Source: Daphnia carinata (lineage: Eukaryota). From it: a DNA stretch of 64,000 nucleotides. Below the pieces are notes generated by a model. It saw only the letters and a program-made list of their open reading frames with translations. It was not told the DNA's origin and did not search any database. Positions within the stretch are counted from its first letter, which is position 1. Each line of letters starts with the position of its first letter. This document shows positions 38,988 through 53,052 of this stretch, piece by piece. Location: the NCBI RefSeq assembly GCF_022539665.2, contig NC_081333.1, positions 13,020,001 to 13,084,000 of the forward strand, in the 5' to 3' direction. Both the position numbers and the translations under genes were made by a program.

Positions 38988-40389
38988 ATGGCTTGCCCTG
39001 ACAATAAAGAGCCAAATACTAGTTGTGAGACTGGTAAACTTGTAGATGATGAAGAAGATAATGGTGTCACACTTGAAGAAATTCTAGAAGAGGAAGCCCA
39101 ATTGGAGGAAGATGCTAATGCTGTTTTAGGTGGCTCAGATGATGCAAATTGCACTTATCGTCTAGTAATTTTTCCAAAGTCACAATGGAGTATTATCATT
39201 GCTAACAGGAAAATTTGTAGGGATATGTCAACCGTCAAGCTCTCTATGCTTGTGTAACTTGCAGGCAGCGTTCAGGAAATCTGACTCAACTGGCTGGTGT
39301 TTGCTTAGCTTGCAGTTACCACTGTCATGATGGGCATGAACTTATTGAATTGTATACAAAAAGGTATGGATATATCTCTGCTATATCAAATGAAAAGGAA
39401 ATCTATTACAATTTCTTTGTTTCAGGAACTTTTGTTGTGACTGTGGAAATTCAAAATTTCCCACCAATAAATGCACTTTGGCAACAGTAAAACAATTTTA
39501 AAGTTTTTTTTCGTACTTGCAATGTGATATTTTAAATTTTATTATAGGAGAAGTCAGAATTGAATGAAAACAACAGCTATAATCAAAATTTTTTGGGAAA
39601 ATACTGCACTTGCCAAAAACCATATCCTGATCCTGATGACACAAATCCTGATGAAATGGTTCAATGCATCATGTGTGAAGATTGGCACCACAACAAGGTT
39701 TGTCTTTCCCCAATACCAAAAAATTTATAATCGATGTTATTAATAAAAATTTTTCACAGCATTTGGGTAGTAGTCCGCCTCCGGATCAAGATTATTCCGA
39801 GATGATATGTGGCCAATGCATGGAGAAATACCCTTTCCTCAATGCCTATCTACAACCAATAGAAACCGAGCAAACGTCGGTTTGCAGGCTAAGCAAACTA
39901 GAAGCTATCGAGAAAGACCAGCTGAATGTGAAGAAAGCAACGTTTTGGCCGGAAGGATGGCGGAATAAGCTTTGCAGATGCGAAAAGTGTTTGGTAAGTC
40001 ATAAAATGTTACATTTTTTTCTGGTATTGATGGTTTTTTTATTTGTAATTCAGGCATTATACGCAGATAAAAAGATCCAATATCTTACGGATGATCAGGA
40101 CACAGTAGAGCATTACGAACAAAAAGGCAAGATGGCGTGTGTCAACCGACCGTCTAATAACGAGCGACTTATGGAAGCTCTTTCCTCATTGGATCGCATC
40201 CAACAAGTCGAAGCTATCACAGAGTACCAAAGTTTCGCGGCTGAATTGAAAGATTACCTGAAAACGTTTGCTGATAACAAAAGAGTCGTTCGAGAGGAAG
40301 ACATTACGGAATTTTTTGGTCGTTTGAAGGAGCGTAAACGACGTCGTCTTGATGGCGAATCAGCTGGAATGCCACATTTCTGTCGCTAG
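38988..40389 (+). CDS. UBR7: E3 ubiquitin ligase UBR7 (UBR box + PHD-like finger)
   Basis: Contains AVLGGSDDANCTY, YVNRQALYAC, CHDGHELIELYTKRNFCCDCGN, YCTCQKPYPD, MVQCIMCEDWHH, and C-terminal VVREEDITEFF. Multi-exon. Confidence 0.9.
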
Positions 40390-41079
40390 TAATCACCCTT
40401 TCAACCGATGCCCCAGATCCTCCATCTATATCATTTATCTGGATTGACTGTGATTCAACCTTTGTAGTATTTTTTTCTTTAATTTGGACGCCGATATAAA
40501 AACAAGTTGATTAATCCATAAAGTTAGGGGGGGGGGGGGGACGACGATTGCGAACATGTAAGTTTTTTTTTCATATTCTGATAAACGAGAAGGACTACAT
40601 TGAAAAGACATTTAGATTTTTGTGTTTATTCACACGAGAATTTCATCAATTCTTTTATTCCCGTCAGCTCAGTGTCGTGCATTTTCTGAATTAAAGGAGA
40701 AATTCTCCTGATACAAAAAGAAAGAGTACATGAAAAACGCTTAAATTGGTCGTGAACGGTGTAATAAATCTAATAATGGCTGTTGCTGCGACGCATGTTA
40801 AAAATGAGAACAGCAAACATTACGGTACCTAGCTCTAGCGGAATAAGATTGAACTAATTTCGTCACACACAGCTGGTTGGCCCGTCGTTTCTGTGTGGAT
40901 TGCACTACGGCACCATCCAGTTATCAGAGAACCAGGAGACATCGAAGTTATTGTGTCAGAATAAAAAAAAACCTTTGGACGTGAAGTTTTAGTGTACGTG
41001 AAGTAAAGGTGAAGTTAAATAGTTGAAATGGAGTGTATCAATTGACCTTAAAGATTTTTCTCTCGTCTCTTAGTCGTCT

Positions 41080-41109
41080 CGTGTGTGTGTGTGTGTGTAT
41101 GTGTGTGTG
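41080..41109. repeat. (GT)n microsatellite
   Basis: A gtgtgt run of about 30 bp with one interruption, upstream of the HECTD1 CDS. Confidence 0.8.
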
Positions 41110-42198
41110 GGATTACCAAGGCCATTGCTGTGTGTGTGTTGCAGCGTATAGGAAAAAAAGGAACAGATATTTCTGAACTCGATCCAATTGTATGAAAGAC
41201 CTCGTGTGGTTTTGTTTCTCTTTGTGGGGGGGTTGGCCCACTTTTTTCCCCTTCATTTGGACAACCACTTGTCTTACTATCTCAAAGGAACCTGAAAAAC
41301 ATCTTGATCACAGGGTAAGAATGGCTACTTTGTTCATCTTCTTCCTTTGTTTCATCATACTTTCTCATTTTTTAATCATCAGCCAATTCAGGTTATCACA
41401 ACAACATTCTCATTTTCCCCGAAGATCAGGTCACTATTCGTTGAGGAAAGAAGCAGCCCATGTTTTGCTAGGAAAACAGAAAGTGATTTATTATTCACAT
41501 TACGTGGCCAAATAATGGGGCTAGATGGATGGCAAAATGAATTGCTTTTCAAAGTTCGAAGGCATGATCTGACAAATGTAGGGATGATCAATAAAGAATG
41601 GGGTATGCAAACATGCCGTGTGTCGCGTGTCGTTGCTACGTCGATACTTGCAACAAACACAGAGAGAGAAGCTAGTACTGGCAGTGAGTCAAACAGAAAA
41701 AAATGGTCAAAAGTAAAGGGTTAAAAATGGGGCCTAGATGAAGTTGAGGTTTGGGTCGAGAAGATCGCGGATTTATTAATAGCACATCAAAATGGCGTTG
41801 GTTGGAGTCTTGCCCGGCCGCATTCCAATACGTTGTCAAAATGTAGAAAGGAACTAAGACGACGTCGTTGAAGCTTGTCAATTGTTTGTAGGTCTTTGGG
41901 ATTGCGTAACGTCGATTCGTCAACAGCTATCGATGCAGTAAAGACTTGTTTCGTATTTAAAACAAACATTTGAATAGCAGTGAAGGGGGTAGTAGGCGCC
42001 AATGAGGCCGGAACAGCCCGTGTGTTTATTATTATTGCTATTAATTTTGTAGATTCCATTGCTTGTGCGCCATAAGGCGAATTGGAACAGAGAAAAGACA
42101 GTTAAATGACCTCAATTGTACTCATGTTCTTCTTCTTTTGGAACAGGTTTTCGGGGCCCGAAGAACCAAAAAAAGGAGGAGACATTTGAGTAAACGAA

Positions 42199-45100
42199 AT
42201 GGCGGACGTCGATCCCGAGACGCTGCTCGAATGGCTGACGATGGGGCTCGGGCAGGAAGAGCTGGCCGAACGGGACATGCAGCTCGTGGCCCTGGAACAG
42301 CTTTGCATGCTCCTCCTCATGTCCGACAATGTCGACCGATGTTTCGAGAGGTACAACAGATGGACATTTTTTATTGTTACTGATTTAAACGATCCATCAA
42401 TCATAGCTGTCCACCCCGGACGTTTCTGCCGGCCTTGTGCCGTATCCTATTGGATAAAACGGCACCCGATTCGGTGCTGGAAGTGACGGCCCGTGCCATC
42501 ACTTATTACCTGGATGTCTCGGCCGAGTGCACTCGACGCGTCGTCGCCGTTGATGGAGCTGTCAAGGCCCTATGCGGCCGGCTGGGCACCGCCGACCTCC
42601 AGCAACGCACCTCCCGCGATCTGGCTGAGCAATGCGTCAAGGTGAATATTTAAATCGATGGTTCCAATAAGTCCTTTTTTAAATGTCTTGTTCCATCCCG
42701 ATACTTGAAGGTCATGGAATTGATTTGCACTCGTGAAGCTGGGGCCGTTTTTGAAGCCGGAGGATTGCAATGTGTTTTGTCTTTCATCCGAGACGCTGGA
42801 ACTCTTGTTCATAAAGATACTCTCCACTCTGCCATGGTCGTCGTCTCGAGACTGTGTTCCAAAGTGGAACCCCACGATCAAGGATTGGCCGCTTGCGTCG
42901 ATGCGTTGTCCACTTTACTTCAACACGAAGACGGACACGTGGCAGATGGCGCTCTGAGATGTTTTGCCTCTTTGGCCGACCGTTTCACTCGACGTGGCAT
43001 CGATCCGGGCCCGTTGGCCGAGCACGGACTCGTTTCGGCTCTCCTTTTCCGCCTCTCAAACGCAGCTGGAACTCCATCCTCGCAACAAACAACAACATCC
43101 CCTGCAGCGGGAGGATCGGCCACTGCGTCCGCCACAACTTCGAATACAGTCGAAACGGCTGGAACGAATAAATCGGCCACGTGCAGCTCATCCATATCGA
43201 CAGTCATCAGTTTATTATCGACGTTGTGCCGCGGTTCGCCCGGCATCACGCACGATCTGCTCCGTTCGGAACTGCCGGACGCTATTGAACGGGCAGTGAA
43301 CGGCGAAGAGCGTTGCATCCTGGACACGATGAGGCTCGTCGATTTGCTTCTCGTTCTCCTCTTTGAAGGACGCAAAGCTCTGCCACGTAGTGGAGGAGGT
43401 GGACTGGCCAACCCTACCAACAGCTCCACAGCGCCCACTACACCCGGATCCACCATCCGAGGCGGAAGCAGCGGTACGACGGGCTCCATGTTGCGTCGAT
43501 TGGACAGCGCTGGAGAACGGACACATCGGCAGCTGATCGACTGCATCCGCAGCAAAGATACGGATGCACTGATCGATGCCATCGATTCGGGCGGAATCGA
43601 AGTCAACTTTATGGATGACGTCGGCCAAACTCTGCTCAACTGGGCGTCTGCTTTCGGCACGCAAGAGATGGTCGAATTTTTGTGCGAACGCGGCGCCGAC
43701 GTCAACAAGGGCCAGCGCTCCTCTTCCCTTCATTACGTAATTTTGAATTTTGCATACATTTAAAAACCATTTAATGACATTTAATTTAATTTTAAAGGCT
43801 GCTTGCTTTGGCCGGCCGGCCATCGCCAAAGTTCTTTTGCGTTACGGAGCCAATCCGGATTTACGCGATGAGGATGGCAAGACGCCATTGGACAAGGCTC
43901 GTGAACGCAACGACGAAGGCCACCGTGAAGTGGCCGCCATTTTGCAATCTCCCGGCGAATGGATGATTACGCCTACATCTTCAACTCCACCCAATCCGTC
44001 ATCCATGGCCGATGCGTCCGGCCAATTCTCCGGACAACAGCGACGAGGAGACGCTTTGACCCCCGGATCCACTTGCGTCTCGGAAGATTCGTCCATTTTA
44101 TCAGACGGAGCGACGACGGAGCCAAAGGGCGATCCGGATATGGCGCCCGTCTATCTTCGACGCCTCTTGCCCGTCTTTTGCCACACTTTCCAGAGCAGCA
44201 TGATCGCTTCGGTGCGCAAGGCCAGCTTGACCATCATCAAAAAGATGGTGCACTACACTCAGCCGGTCCTCCTCAACTCGCTCTGCTCCCACGAGTCGAA
44301 CGTTTTCATCTCGACGCTCGTCGAAGTCGTCGCCGCCGTTCTGGACAACGAAGAGGACGAAGATGGACATTTAGTCTGCATGCACATCATCCACGATCTG
44401 ATGAACAAATCCCCAGAGACGTTCCTCGATCACTTTGCCCGTCTGGGAATCTTTAGCAAAGTCCAGATGTTGGCCAGCAGTGGCGGTGTGGACGACGGCC
44501 AGGAAACGAACAGCGACAACGCCGCCGGACAAGAGCCGGAAGCGGAACGGCCTGAAGTAGAAGAAGGAGTAACTATAACGACCGGTGCGGAAGGCAAAGC
44601 TCAGGCCGAACTGGCTGACCCTGCGGTCCAGAAACCGCAAGTGGAAACGACCGCTCAAGTGGCGGTGGACGTGGTTAAGGAGTTGATGGCCGGCCGGCCT
44701 TACCACTGGAGGGACTGGTGCATCGCTCGCGGTCGCGATTGCCTCTACATCTGGAGCGACGCTGCGGCTTTGGAACTGTCCAACGGCTCTAACGGCTGGT
44801 TCCGCTTCATCTTGGACGGCAAATTGGCCACCATGTACTCGTCCGGAAGCCCCGAAGGCGGGTCGGACAGTTCGGAGAATCGCGGCGAGTTCCTGGACAA
44901 ACTGCAACGCGTTCGCACTCAAATCAAACCTGGAACGATCAGTCAGGCCATTTTCCCGGCCGGTGGGAAGTGCTCGGACGGCCTACGTCTCACCGTGGGC
45001 AATTGGTCGTTATCCTCCAGCAAAGACGGAGAGCTGGTCATTCAGAATTCAGACGGCCAACAACAGGCGACCATATTACGCGAAGATTTGCCCGGCTTCT

Positions 45101-48100
45101 TGTTTGAATCCAACCGCGGCACTAAGCACACTTTTACGGCCGAAACGGCCCTCGGTCCCGAATTAGCCGCCGGATGGGCGCCCGTTCATTACCTGGGCAC
45201 GGGCGGCAGACGCAGCGCCTCCGGTTCAGGTGCCGGACGAACGGGGCTGGTCAGCGGCGGGCGGTTCCGTTCGTCGCAAGTGGAGGCCACCAAGCAGAAA
45301 GTGCGGGCACAAGCTCACGAGATTTATCAGCGCTACTTCCAAGCGGCACAGGCCCAGCCGAGAGGAGTCGTGGCCCGTCTGGCCGCCATCGTCGTGCACA
45401 TTGAACGCGGATGCGCGGCCCAGGAGAACAACCGCGAACAGCAGCACGGATCGCAAGGGAGCGGAGCCGGAGCTTGGCGTGATCTACTCCGTTCGGCCCT
45501 CAACGATTTCCGTTCGCTTTTGGAAGGAGAGGACACGAGCCTCTCGGCCTTTGAATTGCAGTCCAGCGGCCTCGTTCAGGCTCTTCATCGGCTCCTTTCG
45601 CCCGCTGGACTGGATGATTATCTGCAGGGCACTCGACGTGGAAATCGATTGCTGCGCCAACGAGTGGCCATTTTCCGCGAATGTTTCCAGTCAGCTGATT
45701 ATTTGTATCAAAATGGACCGAAAGGGCCGGCTACTTGTCTCGTTCGCAAGTTAGTGTCTGTTATGGAATCGATCGAGAAATTGCCCGTCTATTTGTACGA
45801 CGCAGCTGGAGGATCGACCAACGGCCTTCAGACGCTGACCAGACGTCTGCGTTTCCGCCTGGAACGAAGCCCCGGCGAAACCGGGTTGACGGACCGGACG
45901 GGACGGGCTTTAAAGACGGAGCCTCTCACTACCGTCTGTCAATTAGAGAAATACCTGCTCAAGATGGTGGCCAAGCAGTGGTACGATTACGAACGTTCTT
46001 CGTTGGCGTTTGTGCGCAAAATTCAAGCGGCCACATCGACAACATCAGCCGGACCGGCCGCCTCTCCGTTGATTTTTCGGCACACGCGCGATTTCGACGA
46101 AGGCGGCATCATCTATTGGCTGGGCACCAACGGCAAAACCGTCCCTGATTGGGTCAATCCAGCTCAGGTAATTTAACGACATCTGTTGGGAGTTTTGAGC
46201 ATTAATTTCATTTGATTTTTTGGATAAAGGTGGGACTGGTGGTCGTGACCTGCTCCGAGGGACGTAATTTGCCTTATGGCCACTTGGAAGACATTTTGTC
46301 TCGCGACAGCGCCGCCCTGAACTGTCACACAAACGACGACAAACGATCGTGGTTCGCCGTCGATCTTGGCCTCTGGCTTCTACCAACCGCCTACACTTTG
46401 CGCCACGCCCGCGGCTACGGCAAATCCGCGCTACGTCATTGGCTCCTCCAAGTCTCCAAGGACGGACTCACCTGGACGACGCTCTTTACTCACGTCGACG
46501 ATTGTTCGCTCAATGAACCAGGATCGACGGCCACTTGGCCGTTGGAGCCGCCTAGCGGAGAGACGCAGGGATGGAGGCACATCCGCATTCAGCAGATGGG
46601 CAAAAACGCGTCGGGACAGACGCACTATCTCAGCCTTAGCGGATTGGAGCTCTACGGAACGGTGACGGGCGTCTGCCAAGATTTGGGGCGGGCAGCTAGA
46701 GAAGCCGAAGCCAATTTGAGGCGACAGAGACGGATGGTCCGACACCAGATGCTCCGCCATCTCGTTCCAGGTGCCCGTGTCGTCCGCGGACTCGATTGGA
46801 AGTGGCGCGACCAGGACGGATCGACCACGACGGCAGCCACGGCCGCAGGTTTGGCCCAGCAAGCGGAAGGAACAGTGACGGGCGAGTTGCACAACGGCTG
46901 GATTGACGTCACGTGGGATCACGGCGGATCCAATTCGTATCGCATGGGCGCCGAAGGCAAATACGATTTGAGATTGGCTCCTTCCTACGATCCGGAAGCG
47001 GCCCAACAACAGACACCGGCCACGTCCAGCAAAACTCCTTCATCTTCTTCCTCCACCCTCAAGACGATGAATTTAGACAAACCGTCGTCGGCTTCTGTCA
47101 AGTCTTCGACGCCTATTTCCACCGGAGCCGGAAGCGTTTTGGCCGGCAGTCGCAAGTCCAGCTCGACGCCTAGTTTGCCCGAAGCGACGGGAGCCGTCAA
47201 ATCCTCTGTAGCGTCCACCGAACAGGCCACGTCGGTCGATAATCTGTTGACTTCCGCAGCGGCCGCATCCGCAGTGGCCGATAGCGTCTTGAGTTTGGCC
47301 AGCGCCGAGGCCGGATTGGTCTCTTTCGAACGCGTGCGAGGCGACAGCACTGGAACGCAAAGCACCGACGACGATGAAGCCACTTCGACGGCCGTCGCTG
47401 CGCTCGTAGGGGCCCTCAGTCTGATGGACCCTGCTGGATCATCGACGGAAGTCGGGACGGGCGAGTCTCAAGTGTCGGACAGTCACCGGAACGCTAAGAA
47501 TACCTATTTGGCCGGCCAATCGACTGGAACACAATTAGCTGATCATCATTTATTGGCTTCGGCCAATTCGGCTAGTGGCGTCGCTTCACCGGCCGCAGCG
47601 GCCGCCGCCGCGGCTGCCGCTGCCCTCGATGGGATCGTCGTCGACGATTCGCTAATGGCCGACGTGACGGAAGAGATGCTGGAGATCAACGCTTTTGACC
47701 TCCTTCGCAGTCTCGAACGTCAGGCGAGTCAAATCCAAGATGAAGCTGAAACGATGGCGGCCGCTACCTCCGCCCTATCTCGCGTCGAAGTAGCCGGACA
47801 GCAACAGCAACAGCAACAGCAAGGCGAAGATGAACAAGACGATGTCTCATCACCTCCTTCTCCTCCTCAATCGGTCAAAGTGACTTCCGGTCCAGCATCA
47901 GGCGTTCGCACTTCAGGTTCGATGAGCGTCAGCGTCCCCAATTTAACGACATCATCAGAACCTGAACGTGAAGTGGGTGGAGGACCCACTCCGGCCGCTT
48001 TCCTCGAAAGCTTTGCCAATGTAGCCCGAAGGTAAAAACAGCTTTTAAACATTCAAAAAAGAATTTGTTTTAATTTAATTAATAACCATTTTTGATTGAC

Positions 48101-51100
48101 AGACGCCACCAAGCGGGAAATGCAAACAGTGGAAGTGGAGCTACAGGAGGAAGCGCGTCGGGTTCGCCCGTCGAATCGTCAAACGCCAATCGATCCGGCG
48201 GATCGCACGGCAGCGGAGCTGGACCCATGGCCGCTGGTGCGAATGGAACCAATGCCGTTAACGTCTCGTCTTCTTCTTCTTCCCCTTCGTCCAACGCGGC
48301 ATCGTCGCTGCTCTTCCCGCGTGGACCCAATTCCGTTTCCAGCCTCGTCCGGCTGGCCCTTTCGTCCAATTTCCCGGGCGGACTGCTCAGCACGGCCCAG
48401 AGTTACCCGAGTTTGAGCAACACGTTGAGCAGCCTGTCTTCGGTGGCATCTCACGCTGTTTCCATGGCCGGCGCTTCGTCCACCAATTTACACCACGGAC
48501 ACGCTGGAGCCGGCCAGGGGCATCAACAGACGGGCGGAAGTCACGGACTGAGCCAAGCTCTGTCGATGAGCCTGACCGGATCGAGCGATTCCGAACAAGT
48601 GAGTCTGGAAGATTTCCTGGAGAGCTGCAGGGCGGGCACGTTGCTGGCCGAACTGGAAGACGACGACGAATTGCCGGAACCCGACGAGGACGACAACGAA
48701 GACGATGACGAGAACGAGGACGATGAAGACTTTGAAGAAGTGACGGAAGAAGACAGTGGTGGAGGTGGAGTGGGTAGTCTCGTCGGAGGCTCGGGAGATG
48801 GCGCCACACGACACGTGACGGGCAACACCAAACGGCGCAGTTGGGATGACGAGTTCGTCCTGAAACGGCAATTTTCCGCTTTGATTCCGGCCTTCGATCC
48901 GCGACCGGGCCGCACCAATGTCCACCAAACGTCTGATTTAGAAATTCCTCCGCCAGGTGCCGCCACTGAAGGAGCTCAAGGAGCTGAGGCCATTTTTTCT
49001 TCTTCCTCCTCTTCTTCCTCCTCGATCATGGCCCCTGGTCAGCAGCAACAACAGCCGCTTCAATCCGATGTGGAAGCCGATGCTGACTTGGTGCCTCAAC
49101 CCAAGTTACATCTCATCTTGCGCGGGCCGGGCTTGCCCAACATCCCAGATGTTGAAATCGAGTTGACGGACGGCGATTGGACCGTCTTCAAAGCAGTGCA
49201 AAAATTGATCCAGTCATCAGCGCTGGGCACCCGACAAGAGAAGTTGAGGCGCATCTGGGAGCCGACCTACACTGTCGTCTACAAAGAACTGAAGGACGAA
49301 GCCGGAGCGGTCGTTATTGGCCCATCGGCCGGACTGAGCGACGCCAACAGCATGGGCCAACAGCGTCGGCTGATGGACGACGAGCTCTTCTTGCCCGACT
49401 TCGACGTCAACACGCAAACGAGCAACACGGTGGGATCGTGCAGCGTCGGAGACGTCCTCCTCCTCCTCCGGCAGCTGTACATCCTGAGCAGCCGGCCTCC
49501 GGGTCCAGGCGAGCAGCTGGAAGTGGAACAACAGCAACATCAGTCTCATCACAGCGCTACGATTTTCATCCCGCTCGAAGAGTTCAGCAGCAAGAAAGTG
49601 ACGAACAAGTTGACACAACAACTCTCTGATCCTCTTGTCGTCTCTTCCGGCGCTCTGCCGGCCTGGTGCGAGCAGCTTTTGACTGTTTGCCCGATGTTGG
49701 TGCCTTTTGAGACCCGCCAAATGTACTTCCAGGCCACGGCTTTTGGAACATCTCGGTAATTTCATTTTTAATTAATTTAGATTTTCAATTAAAATTATCT
49801 TCGTGTCCAGCTCGATCGTTTGGCTGCAGAGTCAAAGGGATTCTGCCGTCGAGAGGCAGCGAAACACGGGCGCCGTTCCGCGACGTGACGATCCACACGA
49901 ATTCCGCGTCGGTCGACTCAAACACGAACGCGTCCGGGTTCCTCGTGGCGAGCGACTGCTCGACTGGGCGCAGCAGGTCATGAAGGTCCACGCCGATCGC
50001 AAGGCCATCCTCGAAGTGGAATTCCAAGACGAGGAAGGCACCGGACTCGGTCCGTCTCTGGAGTTTTACGCCCTGGTGGCGGCCGAGAGCCAACGGCGCG
50101 ACCTGGCTCTGTGGATCTGTGACGATGAAGACGACGACGTGACGTCGGCCGAAACGGCCGCATCCGTGGCCGATTCGGGTGTCAAACCGCCCGGTTATTA
50201 CGTGGTTAGGCCGTCTGGCCTGTTTCCGGCTCCCCTGCCGCAAGACTCGCCCATCTGTGATCGCGCCGAGCAGCTCTATTGGTTTTTAGGCGTCTTCCTG
50301 GCCAAGGCACTTCAGGACGGCCGCCTTGTCGATTTACCTCTTTCGACTCCCTTCCTCAAATTGCTGTGCCAGGGCGACGTGTCTTGCCCGGCCCAGCAGC
50401 CCGTCTTTGTCAACAGCGACAGCAAGCGCGCTAAAACTTACCGGGCTGGATCTCACCCTCCGCCGCAACAGCCTCCACCTCCACCCACACCAGTCCCATC
50501 GTCTCAGCAGCAACAACAGCAGCAGGAGGTGGAAGACCCGATGACGTCGTCCGTCTTCTCTCAGGATGGAGACGTTTTGGGCGGCAATGGCAAGACGCTG
50601 ACCGGAAGTAACAGCCCACGTGATCCGTCCCTCCCCTGGTTCTCCGGTTTCCTCTCGCACGAAGACCTGGCCATCGTCGATCCGACTCGAGGCCGGTTCC
50701 TTCTCCAGTTGCGAGCCTTGGCCACGCGACGTCGTCAGATTTTAACGGACCCGACGCTCAGCCACGAGGATCGATGCCGTCAGGCGGACAATTTGGCTCT
50801 AGCCCAGCCCAATCTGTTGAACAGCAATTCGACGACGACCGTGTCGAGCGTGTCCGGCCAAACTCACAGCAACATGTCGCAGAAACCGGCCACCATTGTC
50901 CCACCGCAATCGCAAAAGATTCAAAGCGCGGCCCAAGGGCAAGGCGGGGGAGTCCGTCTCGAAGATTTGGGATTGACTTTCCAATTCGCCCCGTCGTCCA
51001 AAGTCTTTGGCTTTACCGATGTCGAACTGCGTTCCGGCGGTGCTGATTTCGAGGTACCTAATCGTTTTTTTTTTTTTTTTTGATTTATTAATTGATTTAT

Positions 51101-51676
51101 TTTAATGATGTTTTAATGGAATGGCAACAGGTGACGCTGGACAACGTGGAAGACTACGTCGAACTGATGGCGGAATTTTGCCTGGAACGTGGCATCCGTC
51201 GCCAAATGGAAGCCTTGCGCCAAGGCTTTGACCGTGTCTTCCCCATGTCGCGTCTGGCCGGTTTCAGCCCGGCTGAGCTACGGCTTTTGCTGTGCGGCGA
51301 CCAGAGTCCTAGCTGGACTCGCGAAGACATCCTGAACTACACAGAGCCGAAACTGGGCTACAGCCGCGACAGCCCCGGCTTTCAGCGTTTCGTCAACGTG
51401 CTGACGGGCATGAACGCGGAAGAGCGCAAGGCGTTCCTCCAGTTCACGACGGGCTGCTCGTCGCTGCCACCCGGCGGATTGGCCAACCTCTACCCTCGTC
51501 TGACGGTCGTGCGAAAAGTGGACGGCGTGACGGATCGAAGCGGATGCGTCAACGGCAGCTATCCGTCCGTCAACACGTGCGTCCATTATCTCAAGCTACC
51601 CGAATACGACTCTGAGGAGATCCTTCGCGAACGGCTCCTGGCCGCTACCCGTGAAAAGGGTTTCCACCTCAATTGA
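42199..51676 (+). CDS. HECTD1: E3 ubiquitin ligase HECTD1 (Ufd4-like): ARM, ankyrin, SUN-like, MIB/HERC2 and HECT domains
   Basis: Starts [13 protein letters not shown]. Contains [46 protein letters not shown], and ends [15 protein letters not shown]...[10 protein letters not shown]. About 8 coding exons with short introns. Confidence 0.96.
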
Positions 51677-53052
51677 AAAAATATGTTATTTTTGTTTACG
51701 GTGGGATTTGTTTTTGGTTTACCGTTGGAGTTTGACGTTTGTCATTAATTTCACCGTTTTTTCTATCCCCCCCACAATCTGATGTGAAAAAAAAAAAAAA
51801 AAAAACACCAAAGTTTCGAGCGAGAGAAAAAGAGGATGGGAAATTCATCACAAGCTGAATGAGAAAGAAAAAAAAAACCATTTGTATAAAAAAACAAAAA
51901 AATAAATAGGATCGAGGTAGTCGCGTGTTTTCTGCTATCCACATCGTGTCACGCGAATTCTTTTGGCTTGTTTTTTTTCCTAACGGCGGTCAACGACGAC
52001 TCCACCTCCTTGTTGTCTATTGCCTCCTTTTTTTTTCCCCCAATGTAATCCAATGATACATTTAAGTCCCCCCAATGACTAAAATTCTGCTTTTTTTTTA
52101 TTTTTTTTTTTGACCTATCGCCTAGATCTTACTTCTCGGTAACGAAGAGTAGAAGATTTTTCATTTAGTGTTTTGAATTTTGTTCGATGGTCCACACGTT
52201 TTTTGTGGACAATGGAAGCGAAAACAAAAAGAAGAAGAAGAAGAAAAGTAGTAATTCATTTGTAGGGACATGCAACACACGAGGCCGCTTTATTTTTCGG
52301 CATAACCAATGTGCGTCAATGTCTTGATTTTGTGTGGAGCTCGGTGGGTTTTGGTGAAACAATTTTTTTTTTTTTGGCATTCATTTTTTTTTTTTTCTTT
52401 ATACATATATATATTTTTTTTATTGATCCACCAGCTGCTGCTCCACACCCAACCACCCCTACTTCTACTGTTGCACTTTCATTTAGCCATCGTTTTCTTT
52501 TGTGAAATGAAACACGCATCTTTATAATACAATTGATTGTGCCCCCCCTCCTCCTCATCGCCCCCTTAATCTCTCGCATTGATTATGGTTCAGTTTTTGT
52601 TTATTTTTTCCCTCCTTAATCTCTCTATCTCTCCAAAGAACTATCGGGATTTTTGTCTGATTTTTTTTTTTGTTTGATTTTCTTTTGTTTTTCAATATAT
52701 TCTCCTCCTCTTATTCATGTTTGTCATGCAGATTTACTCTTGCACATGGTGTAGTAAGCTACTACTTTAATCAAGTATACGTTTCAACGATATCCGAATT
52801 CCGCAATTTTATTAGTTGCTTTCATCCTTACTTGGGGAAAATTCAGTTAAATCTGTTTTTAAATTCTTCTTTTTATGGACGTTAAAGTTGAATAGACCAC
52901 ACCCTCAAAGGAGGAGGAGTTTGTTACACATTGAAATCGATTGTTAGGCCGATTTCAATCGCTACAGTCAATGTCGTCTGCTAGCCACATGCTTCTCCGA
53001 GTGTTGACTTTTTGATTTTCCAAAGTTTTTCTCGTTGAAAATTTGCAAAAAA

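Noticed and set aside
42570..51586. Many long antisense and alternate-frame ORFs within HECTD1
   Set aside because: These are expected shadows of a GC-rich coding sequence and show no recognisable domains.
51690..52890. Phe-rich and Lys-rich ORFs after HECTD1
   Set aside because: They arise from poly-T and poly-A low-complexity sequence, probably 3' UTR.
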